Of a DNA stretch of 64,000 bases, positions 9,212 through 16,920 are shown piece by piece. Where the stretch lies: IMG/VR virus record IMGVR_UViG_3300050190_000017. One strand, 5' to 3'. Both the position numbers and the translations under genes were made by a program. This stretch comes from a virus (taxonomy: Duplodnaviria; Heunggongvirae; Uroviricota; Caudoviricetes). The notes below the pieces were generated by a model. The model worked only from the letters and a program-made list of their open reading frames with translations, made no database searches and was not told the origin of the DNA. The stretch's first letter is position 1, and each line of letters starts with the position of its first letter.

Positions 9212-11400
9212 TTATCGGCCAACCAATAAATCGTACTGATGGGGTACTAAAGGTCACAGGTGCGGCTCCCTATGCTGCTGACTTCAAGGTCCCTGGCTTG
9301 GTACACGCGGTAATGGTAACCTCTACTATTGCTAGTGGTACAGTTAAGATTGATGCAGAAGAAGTCGAGAAGATGTTAGGCGTACTCCTCGTATTGACTC
9401 ACGCTAACGCACCTAAGCTACCGAAGATTGAGGAAGTAGTGTTACCTGCTACCCGTATGTTGTCCCTATGTCAGGACGATAAGGTGCACTACAGCAATCA
9501 ACCTATCGCAGTTGTGGTCGCCACTACCCTAGAGCGGGCAACTGAAGCTGCTAACAAACTTAGTATTACTTATACTGAGGAAGAAGCTGTACTCGAATTT
9601 GATAGTGCAGACGGGTACACTCCTCCACCCCAACTTGATGTGCCACCCGATACTAAACGTGGTGACTTCGAGGAAGGGTTTGAGGAAAGTGATGTACAGA
9701 TAGATGAAGTGTACACCACACCCATCGAGAATCACAATCCGATCGAGACGTTGGCTACCTTAGCCCAGTGGGACGGACAGAAGTTAGTTCTGCACGATAC
9801 CACTCAAGGGGTGCATGATGCGAAGAAGGCGATCGCTAAGGCCCTCGGTATAGAGGCCTCGGACGTGCGTGAACTATCTCCGTACCTTGGGGGTGGTTTC
9901 GGCTGCAAGGGTTCAACGTGGTCGCACGTTATTCTATGTGCTACAGTTGCGAAGATGTTGGACAAGCCTGTACGCTTAGTGGTGACTCGCCCTCAGATGT
10001 TTGGCCCTGTCGGATATAGACCGAATACTGAGCAGCACGTTAAGCTAGGGGCTACCAAAGACGGCGTGCTTACTGCAATGTCCCACACTAGCTACTCTAC
10101 CACCTCTATGCTAGAGGATTGGACTGAGACGTGCTGTGAGATCTCCCGCATTCTCTATGATGTACCCAATCAAGTAACTGCTCACCGATTAGTAAAGCTT
10201 AACATCGGCAATCCAACGTTCATGCGAGCACCTGGGGCAATCACGGGATCATTCGCACTGGAATCAGCTATGGATGAATTGTCGTATGCCCTAAAGATGT
10301 GTCCAGTAGAGCTTAGGCTTAAGAACTACGCAGAGAAGGATCCTGATAGTGGCAACCCTTGGTCTAGTAAGTTTCTCAATGAATGCTACTCCATAGGGGC
10401 ATCAAAGTTCGGATGGGATAAACGGCAGCCGAAGCCTAGGACTCTGCGTGAGGGCCGTAAGCTGATCGGTATGGGTATGGCAACAGCTACCTATCCTGGT
10501 AATCGAGGTGATGCCTCAGCTAAGGTGATCATACGTACAGACGGTACTGCAGTTGTGGGATCTGGTACTCATGACTTAGGAACCGGTACCTACACTGTTA
10601 TGACTCAGGTTGCTGCACAGGCGTTGGGCTTCACTGTGGACAACGTGACATTTTTATTAGGTGACTCTGCACTGCCTAAGTCTCCCGATGCTAGTGGATC
10701 TAAGTCTGCTGCCTCTATTAGCCCTGCTGTTTATTCTGCATGTGCGAAGGCCCGACAGAAGCTTATTGCCTTGGCAGTTAAGGATAAGAAGTCTCCTGTG
10801 TATGGCAAATCTGAGGTAGTAATCGAGAACGGGTGGATTATCAGTAAGGAGTCCCCAGTTCGACGTGACTCAGTTAAGGCCGTAATGGGGAGATCAGGCA
10901 CACCTATCGAAGCATCGGCCAATGCGAATACAGGTGATGAACGAGACGAGTATTCCTTCCATTCATTCGGTGCAGTCTTCGTAGAAGCTCATGTCGATGC
11001 AGATCTGGGGACCATCTGTATTCCACGGGTTGTAGCCGTCTATGATGTAGGTCGTATATTAAACCAGAAGACTGCTCACTCCCAGATGATGGGCGGCATA
11101 ACATGGGGCATTGGTGCCGCACTGGAAGAAGAGACTATATTCGATACCAACTGTGGGCACTTCGTTAATGCTAATCTAGCTGACTACCATGTGCCGGTTA
11201 ACTTGGATATAGGTGATCTCGATATAACGTTTCTAAACAAGCCCGATCCCCATATTAGTTCGATGGGTGTTCGTGGTGTCGGTGAGATCGGTATCACTGG
11301 CATAGTAGCAGCCATTGCTAACGCGGTTTACAATGCTACTGGTGTACGAGTTCGTGATCTTCCGATTACGATGGACAAAATTATACTCCCTAAGGAATAG
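9208..11400 (+). CDS. yagR: Aldehyde oxidoreductase molybdopterin-binding subunit (PaoC/YagR-like)
   Basis: DGVLKVTGAAPYAAD, HNPIE, GGGFGCKG, MRAPG, DLGTGTYT, GVGEIG (catalytic Glu), NAVYNATGVRVRDLPIT; GTGA overlap with the FAD subunit. Confidence 0.95.
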   Translation: MIIGQPINRTDGVLKVTGAAPYAADFKVPGLVHAVMVTSTIASGTVKIDAEEVEKMLGVLLVLTHANAPKLPKIEEVVLPATRMLSLCQDDKVHYSNQPIAVVVATTLERATEAANKLSITYTEEEAVLEFDSADGYTPPPQLDVPPDTKRGDFEEGFEESDVQIDEVYTTPIENHNPIETLATLAQWDGQKLVLHDTTQGVHDAKKAIAKALGIEASDVRELSPYLGGGFGCKGSTWSHVILCATVAKMLDKPVRLVVTRPQMFGPVGYRPNTEQHVKLGATKDGVLTAMSHTSYSTTSMLEDWTETCCEISRILYDVPNQVTAHRLVKLNIGNPTFMRAPGAITGSFALESAMDELSYALKMCPVELRLKNYAEKDPDSGNPWSSKFLNECYSIGASKFGWDKRQPKPRTLREGRKLIGMGMATATYPGNRGDASAKVIIRTDGTAVVGSGTHDLGTGTYTVMTQVAAQALGFTVDNVTFLLGDSALPKSPDASGSKSAASISPAVYSACAKARQKLIALAVKDKKSPVYGKSEVVIENGWIISKESPVRRDSVKAVMGRSGTPIEASANANTGDERDEYSFHSFGAVFVEAHVDADLGTICIPRVVAVYDVGRILNQKTAHSQMMGGITWGIGAALEEETIFDTNCGHFVNANLADYHVPVNLDIGDLDITFLNKPDPHISSMGVRGVGEIGITGIVAAIANAVYNATGVRVRDLPITMDKIILPKE

Positions 11401-11405
11401 CCCAA

Positions 11406-11897
11406 ATGAAAATTCAACTCAATGCCGCAGCCCGTTTGGTAGAGTCAGGCTTTGAAGACTGGCCTAAAGAACGTCAACAGAAGTACCTCAAAGAGCATCC
11501 TGGTAGTAAGTATGGTAAGGGTGGAGGTAAGGCTGCTCCGGTAAAGACAGTGCCTACAAAACCTGCACCAATAAAGCCTACGCCAGCCGCCAGCTTCAGT
11601 GGCGATTTAGGTAAGAAGCACAAGATCGACTTAGGGGAATACGTAGTCCGGGATGGTGAACGTTCTGGCGAGGGGTACACCGATCAGAAAGCCGTGGACT
11701 CAATGTCTAAAGATTTAATTAAACAAGGCTTTGAGCAAGAGGACTGGGGGTCCGACGGAACGCACTACAGCAAGGGAGATCATTCTGTAACGATCAAGAA
11801 AACGTCCGACGGAGACTATAGGGTTACGACGTTTGAACCTGCACCGAAGAAGCCTCTGAAGCGGTCGAAGGTCCGTCCGTCTAGCCTGTACGACTGA
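11406..11897 (+). CDS. Putative head-internal protein (MKIQLNAAARL)
   Basis: RBS AAGGA lies in the last codons of the Mo subunit gene; shared N-peptide plus FEDWPKERQQKYLKEHPGSKY module. Confidence 0.6.
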   Translation: MKIQLNAAARLVESGFEDWPKERQQKYLKEHPGSKYGKGGGKAAPVKTVPTKPAPIKPTPAASFSGDLGKKHKIDLGEYVVRDGERSGEGYTDQKAVDSMSKDLIKQGFEQEDWGSDGTHYSKGDHSVTIKKTSDGDYRVTTFEPAPKKPLKRSKVRPSSLYD

Positions 11898-11952
11898 TCT
11901 GTTATCCTTGACTACCTTGTAGTCCTAGCCTCATTGACCCCGTTAGAACTCA

Positions 11953-12687
11953 ATGAGGTTCCTAATGAACTACCTACCAGTTCCCGCTAGATACGCTCTG
12001 GGTATTACCCAGTCCTCCCTACCGTCTGTAGTAGACTTGAGGCCGAAGTGTAGCCCCATAGCCAATCAGGGTGATATGAGTAGCTGTGTTGCCTTTGCCG
12101 TTATCAGTGCAATGGAGTACCTAGAAAACGTACAGCACAACTCTACGATCTCTCTGTCTCAGCAGTTTGTGTACTACAATGAACGAGTCCTAAACGGCTC
12201 TGTAGCTTCAGATGACGGGGCCTTCGTAGAGGATGGAATAAACGTCCTTCTGACCTACGGGGCCTGTGAGCTATCCTTGTGGCCGTATTCAAAGGATGAC
12301 CTCTACACCAAGCCCTCAGATGCTGCCTACGCCGATGCAACTAAACGTAAGGCGTTAAAGTATTCGCGTGTAGCCCAGGATCAAACCTCTGTGATGACCC
12401 CCCTGTCTAATGGCTATCCAGTAGTATTAGGGTTCCTTGTGTACCCCGCGTTTGAATCGCAAGAGGTAGCGGCCTCTGGTATTGTGCCTATGCCGAACTC
12501 TACGGAGGAAATGCTAGGTGGCCATTGCGTGTGTATAGTAGGCTACGACTTGGCGAAGCAGATGTTTCTAATCCGTAACAGCTGGGGACCTGATTGGGGG
12601 ATCAATGGTTACTGCTGGATGCCGTTTGCCTACGTACTGAGTCCTAGCTTGGCTCATGGGATGTACGCCATTGAGAGCGTATCCTAA
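11953..12687 (+). CDS. Papain-like cysteine peptidase (C1 family)
   Basis: VDLR...NQGDMSSCVAFA (oxyanion Gln and catalytic Cys), GGHCVCIVGY (His), IRNSWG (Asn). Confidence 0.92.
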   Translation: MRFLMNYLPVPARYALGITQSSLPSVVDLRPKCSPIANQGDMSSCVAFAVISAMEYLENVQHNSTISLSQQFVYYNERVLNGSVASDDGAFVEDGINVLLTYGACELSLWPYSKDDLYTKPSDAAYADATKRKALKYSRVAQDQTSVMTPLSNGYPVVLGFLVYPAFESQEVAASGIVPMPNSTEEMLGGHCVCIVGYDLAKQMFLIRNSWGPDWGINGYCWMPFAYVLSPSLAHGMYAIESVS

Positions 12688-12694
12688 TTTCATA
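12686..12694 (+). promoter_or_regulatory. Candidate late promoter AATTTCATA
   Basis: Recurrent 9-mer, about 20 nt before the ATG at 12715. Confidence 0.5.
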
Positions 12695-12714
12695 ACATAT
12701 TTTAAGGATTTCTA

Positions 12715-13113
12715 ATGAAGGTCAAACTACACGCAGCATCACGACTTAGGGCAGCTGTTGATAGCCAAGCACTAGATGAGTTCACCGATCTCATTAAATG
12801 TTTGGATTCTGTGAAGTGGCAGAAGCTAGAAGACAAAGGCTTCTTCGATAACATGGAAGAGTGCTGCGTGCAGTTCGATCAGGATAGCTACGAAGCACTA
12901 TACAAGAGGTTGCAGGCAGAAGGCTACGTTGAAGTAGCAGAGGTGGATGTGTCGTCTATTGAATGTCTCAAGACCTGCCCTAGTGGTATTGTTCTAGGGT
13001 ATGGTTCAGGGCAGCGCTGTCCTCTTGTATGTTGTGTAGATGACGATCACTCGTATCTGTACATGCCGACTTCTACGGACGACGTACAACAGTTTATTCA
13101 AACCTTAGGATGA
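12715..13113 (+). CDS. Acidic Cys-rich putative head-internal protein (MKVKLHAASRL)
   Basis: AAGGA RBS; variant N-peptide; 8 Cys in 132 aa. Confidence 0.6.
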   Translation: MKVKLHAASRLRAAVDSQALDEFTDLIKCLDSVKWQKLEDKGFFDNMEECCVQFDQDSYEALYKRLQAEGYVEVAEVDVSSIECLKTCPSGIVLGYGSGQRCPLVCCVDDDHSYLYMPTSTDDVQQFIQTLG

Positions 13114-13118
13114 CTGAA

Positions 13119-13355
13119 ATGAAAATCAAGTTGAATGCAGCAGCACGGTTGTTAGCCGCCGAGGGTGAAGCACAGAAAGATCCCGCAGAGGAATCTTTGA
13201 AGAGGCGTTTGGAAATTCAGAAGGAGAAGCCAACTGAAGATCAAAGCTTTGGGGACAAGAAGTCTATCTTGGATACGCAGGAACAACTAGAACGTACCAA
13301 AGAGCAAGTGAAGCGTAAGAAGGAAGGCGGTAAACCAGAAGGCGGAAAAGAGTAA
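13119..13355 (+). CDS. Small charged putative head-internal protein (MKIKLNAAARL)
   Basis: Start moved to ATG 13119 to match the shared N-peptide; K/E-rich body. Confidence 0.6.
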   Translation: MKIKLNAAARLLAAEGEAQKDPAEESLKRRLEIQKEKPTEDQSFGDKKSILDTQEQLERTKEQVKRKKEGGKPEGGKE

Positions 13356-13358
13356 ATC

Positions 13359-13396
13359 GAGGGACACTGAGCAATTGGTGTCCCTCTTCTACTTTG
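13359..13396. terminator. Intrinsic terminator between convergent blocks
   Basis: GAGGGACAC-10 nt-GTGTCCCTC followed by TTCTACTTTG, exactly at the + / - strand junction. Confidence 0.75.
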
Positions 13397-13627
13397 TTAC
13401 TCGACTATAATCCATGCCTTCTCTACAGGCTCGTCGTTTTCCTTATAGTACTCCATGAGGATGTAGTCGGTGTTGTTTAACCCCATGTACCGCCACCGAT
13501 TTAGCATCTTAGGGCTGGGTACAATCTCCTTACCATTCTCAAAGACTTGAAGATCCTCTAGCTTGCAGTCATTGATCTTCCTAAGCTCTGCTTTCAGCTC
13601 CCTGACTCGTTCAATATCAACTCTCAT
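13397..13627 (-). CDS. Hypothetical protein
   Basis: Part of a tightly packed minus-strand run of small ORFs. Confidence 0.6.
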   Translation of the reverse strand: MRVDIERVRELKAELRKINDCKLEDLQVFENGKEIVPSPKMLNRWRYMGLNNTDYILMEYYKENDEPVEKAWIIVE

Positions 13628-13828
13628 TTAGAATCCCTCGTCGTAGTATACAGTCTTCTCTTGATCCAGAAAGATCGTTGCGATGCTTTCCTGTTCGGCG
13701 CCGTGGACAACAACCATATGGTTATCCTTAATTGCAATTAAGGCGTCATCGTCAAGCTTTCTCAATAGCTCTATGAGCTTGCCGCGGCCTATCATCTCGT
13801 GACTAACGCCGTCAATTTCAACTTTCAT
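13628..13828 (-). CDS. Hypothetical protein
   Basis: Abuts the downstream ORF; AAGGA RBS. Confidence 0.6.
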   Translation of the reverse strand: MKVEIDGVSHEMIGRGKLIELLRKLDDDALIAIKDNHMVVVHGAEQESIATIFLDQEKTVYYDEGF

Positions 13829-13837
13829 TTGTGTTCC

Positions 13838-14266
13838 TTAGCATCTAAGATTAATGTCCCCGAGGCCTGATACTATATCCTGCCGCTCATTCACTACCCT
13901 TGTAGCTGGAGCATAGAATTCCCTAAGCTCTTTAATCTCCGCAAACACACTAGGGAGTTCATCATTAGTAGCCCAATGCTTTGTGGTAACTCGGGTAACA
14001 CTATACCCGATGTTCTCAAAATGCCTATCAGGTTCAGCTAGCCACAACGAGCAGACACTGCGAACTACAATAACGTCTGCTCCCTTATTCTTTAGCACCA
14101 CCTGTACATCTATGACTTTATCGAAAGGCTGAGTTGATGTGGTGCCATGCTGCAGTACGTGCTCAACCCTAGTCATATCCCCACGACTAATGAACAACGA
14201 TAGATGCCCGCCGTGTAAGTAATCGATCCTCGGTGAATCGTACTCAGGTAGCTCTAGGATTCTCAT
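13838..14266 (-). CDS. Hypothetical protein
   Basis: ATGA overlap with the upstream ORF. Confidence 0.6.
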   Translation of the reverse strand: MRILELPEYDSPRIDYLHGGHLSLFISRGDMTRVEHVLQHGTTSTQPFDKVIDVQVVLKNKGADVIVVRSVCSLWLAEPDRHFENIGYSVTRVTTKHWATNDELPSVFAEIKELREFYAPATRVVNERQDIVSGLGDINLRC

Positions 14267-14517
14267 GTCTTCCTCCCTGGTAGCATGTCACAGGAGCCCC
14301 ACACGCCGTACCCTACCACGGTAACAACGAACATCAACTTCCCGGTAAAGATGTCCACGCCGTATGGAGTTACCCGTACATCCCTTGCGTTAATACCTCG
14401 ACCTGTAAACGCCGTGGTAGCTTGAACTGCACACGCTAAAGCTTCCATAGTAGGCTCACATTCTCGCTCAGTAGACATAGACTCAGCACGACTACCACGG
14501 TGTTCTCGAATTTTCAT
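14263..14517 (-). CDS. Hypothetical protein
   Basis: ATGA overlaps on both sides. Confidence 0.55.
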   Translation of the reverse strand: MKIREHRGSRAESMSTERECEPTMEALACAVQATTAFTGRGINARDVRVTPYGVDIFTGKLMFVVTVVGYGVWGSCDMLPGRKT

Positions 14518-14795
14518 TTCTTCCTTTTAGGCATTGGGGCCCACGCTTGAAAGTATTGCTTATCGTCTGAAGTCAACACTGAGAAGGTAGCGCATCCACT
14601 ATGATTGAGTACGATCAGCTTACCTCCTACGGGTGCGCTTTCCATATCGTAGTTATACTCACTAACCTGAGCAGTAACAGGGTTGCCTCCCATGTGCCCT
14701 GGATACTTCGGGACTTCCCTTAGTCGTTGATTCTCCGCTTCCAGGTGTTTAACTCGTTCAACTAATTGTGTAGCCAGGTGTAGTAGGTCAGACAT
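14514..14795 (-). CDS. Hypothetical protein
   Basis: GGAG RBS; short coiled-coil N-terminus; coupled to neighbours. Confidence 0.6.
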   Translation of the reverse strand: MSDLLHLATQLVERVKHLEAENQRLREVPKYPGHMGGNPVTAQVSEYNYDMESAPVGGKLIVLNHSGCATFSVLTSDDKQYFQAWAPMPKRKK

Positions 14796-15078
14796 TGAGG
14801 TACTCCGCCTTTAGGAAACGATGGGCAGAGCACAACCCTTCTCGAATAATGACTTCCAGATCTTCCGGTGTTTCCAACGGAGTCCTACGTACAGCTTCCC
14901 TAAGGAACTTCTTAATCTTTAACGGATCGAAGGGTTTAACGTTAGAGGTCTGCGATTCGTAGAACAAAGCAATTGCCTTCTTCCGATCTGTTGCTGGAAC
15001 CATTGACCTTAAGAGCGCGTTCTCCCGCTGCAATTCCTCTAGCTGACTAGATAGAGCTTCAATACTGCTAATTTGCAC
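14788..15078 (-). CDS. Hypothetical protein
   Basis: GAGGGAGG RBS before a GTG start. Confidence 0.6.
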   Translation of the reverse strand: MQISSIEALSSQLEELQRENALLRSMVPATDRKKAIALFYESQTSNVKPFDPLKIKKFLREAVRRTPLETPEDLEVIIREGLCSAHRFLKAEYLNV

Positions 15079-15193
15079 TTTTAGCCTCCCTCATGGGTAT
15101 TTGCCTACAAACCCGATTTTGACCCCGTAGGATAGGGGCTACAGCGTCGTAGCCTACCTGCAATGAACGGGTTTATCGGGTAACGTTTACACA

Positions 15194-15502
15194 CTATTTA
15201 GCCTGAGGCGCCAATTGATTACCTGCTCCCTGTGGCGCCTGTTGTTGCGGAAGTCCGTAACCCTGTTGACCGTAGCTTTGTTGTGGGACATCTTCATACC
15301 TAACTGTAGGGTACTTCTCAGGGAACGCCATGAGTGTGCGGCACACGTTACACACATGCCGTACTAATACTTTCTCACCCTCTTGAAAAAGAGCCTGGGC
15401 TCCGGAGAGCGCCATCATCTCCCCTTGCTTGCAAGCATCACAGATATAACGGACACCGAAGGGACGAACTTCAACACGTTGCTCTGGCATGATTAACCTC
15501 AT
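15194..15502 (-). CDS. Zinc-ribbon protein with Gln-rich tail
   Basis: CDAC and CNVC pairs; GAGG RBS. Confidence 0.6.
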   Translation of the reverse strand: MRLIMPEQRVEVRPFGVRYICDACKQGEMMALSGAQALFQEGEKVLVRHVCNVCRTLMAFPEKYPTVRYEDVPQQSYGQQGYGLPQQQAPQGAGNQLAPQAK

Positions 15503-15526
15503 TAAGTAGTTGGGTAATCAATACTG

Positions 15527-16867
15527 CTATATATCGCTCGCTAAATTGGGAATGTCTGTGCGCTTCTTCTTACCCTGCTCAGGCTTGACCTCACCTAGGC
15601 CGCTGTTGTCTTCTAGGGCAACATCCTCAGTACGCATGTGCTCGAAGTCAATCTTAATAGAGAAGGGGAAGGACAGAGAGTTTCGAGACTTAGGCTGCTC
15701 GATCTTAGTGATCCCGGTCTCTTTTGACTCTTTCGAGCTGATCCAGATCCAGCTATTACTAGAGTGCTCGGAGATCGCTCGGGCATAACGGATCTTCCCC
15801 TCATCAGACACCTGACAAAGTAAGATCGAAACCCGGTTCTCTACCTCGGCATTGATCTTTGCGTATCTGGCTACGGCACCAAGTGCTTGCCACATGTCAT
15901 CGCCGTCCACCCCCTTAAGTAGTGATATATAGTCGATGATAACTACATCGACCGTGTATGCACTTATTGAGGCCATGATCTCCTCAATAGTCATATCCTC
16001 TTTCGGCTTGAATATAGTGTATCGACCACCAGCGTCTTTAACTCGGGTCTTCCACCTTTTATAGCGTTTATATGCTAGATCCTTCTCTCCGCTGGCTAAC
16101 CGTCCAAGTAGGATCTTTGACAAATTCATCTTAGTGATGTTCGCCATGATGCGACCGGACATCTCTCGCTCTGACATTTCAAGAGGCACTAGCAGTACCT
16201 TATACCCTAAACTCGCCATCTTCACTGCCATGGCGGAGGCAACTGCTGATTTGCCTCCTCCTGAGTTAGCACCCAAGGTCACAAGTGATCCTCTGGCAAA
16301 TCCCCCACTTACAGTGTCGAATGCTTTAATACCCGTAGGTATGACGTTCTCAGAATTGTCATCATACAGTAACGACTTAATTACCGCGTCGGCATTGTTG
16401 TTACGACCAAAATGCAAGAATGCCTCAGAAGTAGTCTTCTTCGAGCGGATCACGTTGAACGCTGTTGCTGTTTCCTCTAGTAGCCCGTCAAGGTCAACTC
16501 GAGATCCCTGCATCTTCGAGTTGATATGTGCTGCTAAGTTATACATACCTCGGCGCTGACGATACTTGTTTAGTATGCGTGCTGCCTTGTCTGCATCGGC
16601 TGTGGTTTGTACTGTCGCGACGGAGGACCGGAAATGGGATCGTGCCTCCTCAGAAAGATCTGGGTCTTCAATTAATAATCTATATGTCGGGGACTCCCCC
16701 GACTCTTGCATGTGCTTCTTGATAGCCTCGTAGACCTCTATAGATTCTTCACTGTAGAAGTACGAACTATCTGTAGTGGAGAGAAGTGCTCCGGCTATCT
16801 TCTTGTTCTTGTGGGTCATCCCTCTCAATACGGCTAACTCGGCTGAGGGGCTTACAATCTTGAGCAT
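15527..16867 (-). CDS. dnaB: DnaB-like replicative helicase
   Basis: IPTGIKAFDTVSGGFARGSLVTLGANSGGGKS (Walker A), LEMS, VVIIDYISLL (Walker B), ILLCQ. Confidence 0.88.
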   Translation of the reverse strand: MLKIVSPSAELAVLRGMTHKNKKIAGALLSTTDSSYFYSEESIEVYEAIKKHMQESGESPTYRLLIEDPDLSEEARSHFRSSVATVQTTADADKAARILNKYRQRRGMYNLAAHINSKMQGSRVDLDGLLEETATAFNVIRSKKTTSEAFLHFGRNNNADAVIKSLLYDDNSENVIPTGIKAFDTVSGGFARGSLVTLGANSGGGKSAVASAMAVKMASLGYKVLLVPLEMSEREMSGRIMANITKMNLSKILLGRLASGEKDLAYKRYKRWKTRVKDAGGRYTIFKPKEDMTIEEIMASISAYTVDVVIIDYISLLKGVDGDDMWQALGAVARYAKINAEVENRVSILLCQVSDEGKIRYARAISEHSSNSWIWISSKESKETGITKIEQPKSRNSLSFPFSIKIDFEHMRTEDVALEDNSGLGEVKPEQGKKKRTDIPNLASDI

Positions 16868-16912
16868 CTCTTGGCTCCAATTATTCTATGAGTCTAATAC
16901 CTAATGTCTACT

Positions 16913-16920
16913 TATTTACA
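16913..16920 (-). promoter_or_regulatory. Candidate promoter TGTAAATA upstream of the helicase
   Basis: Same octamer recurs upstream of four other minus-strand non-structural genes. Confidence 0.5.

Noticed and set aside
7754-11400. Oxidoreductase operon as a transposon or host-contig contamination
   Set aside because: No transposase, terminal repeats or abrupt compositional break were visible, and it is coupled to the flanking phage gene; only read-level data could fully exclude a chimera.
11953-12687. Papain-like enzyme as the prohead protease
   Set aside because: Prohead proteases of tailed phages are normally serine proteases encoded near portal/scaffold genes, upstream of this window; nothing links this enzyme to the Ala-ending sites.
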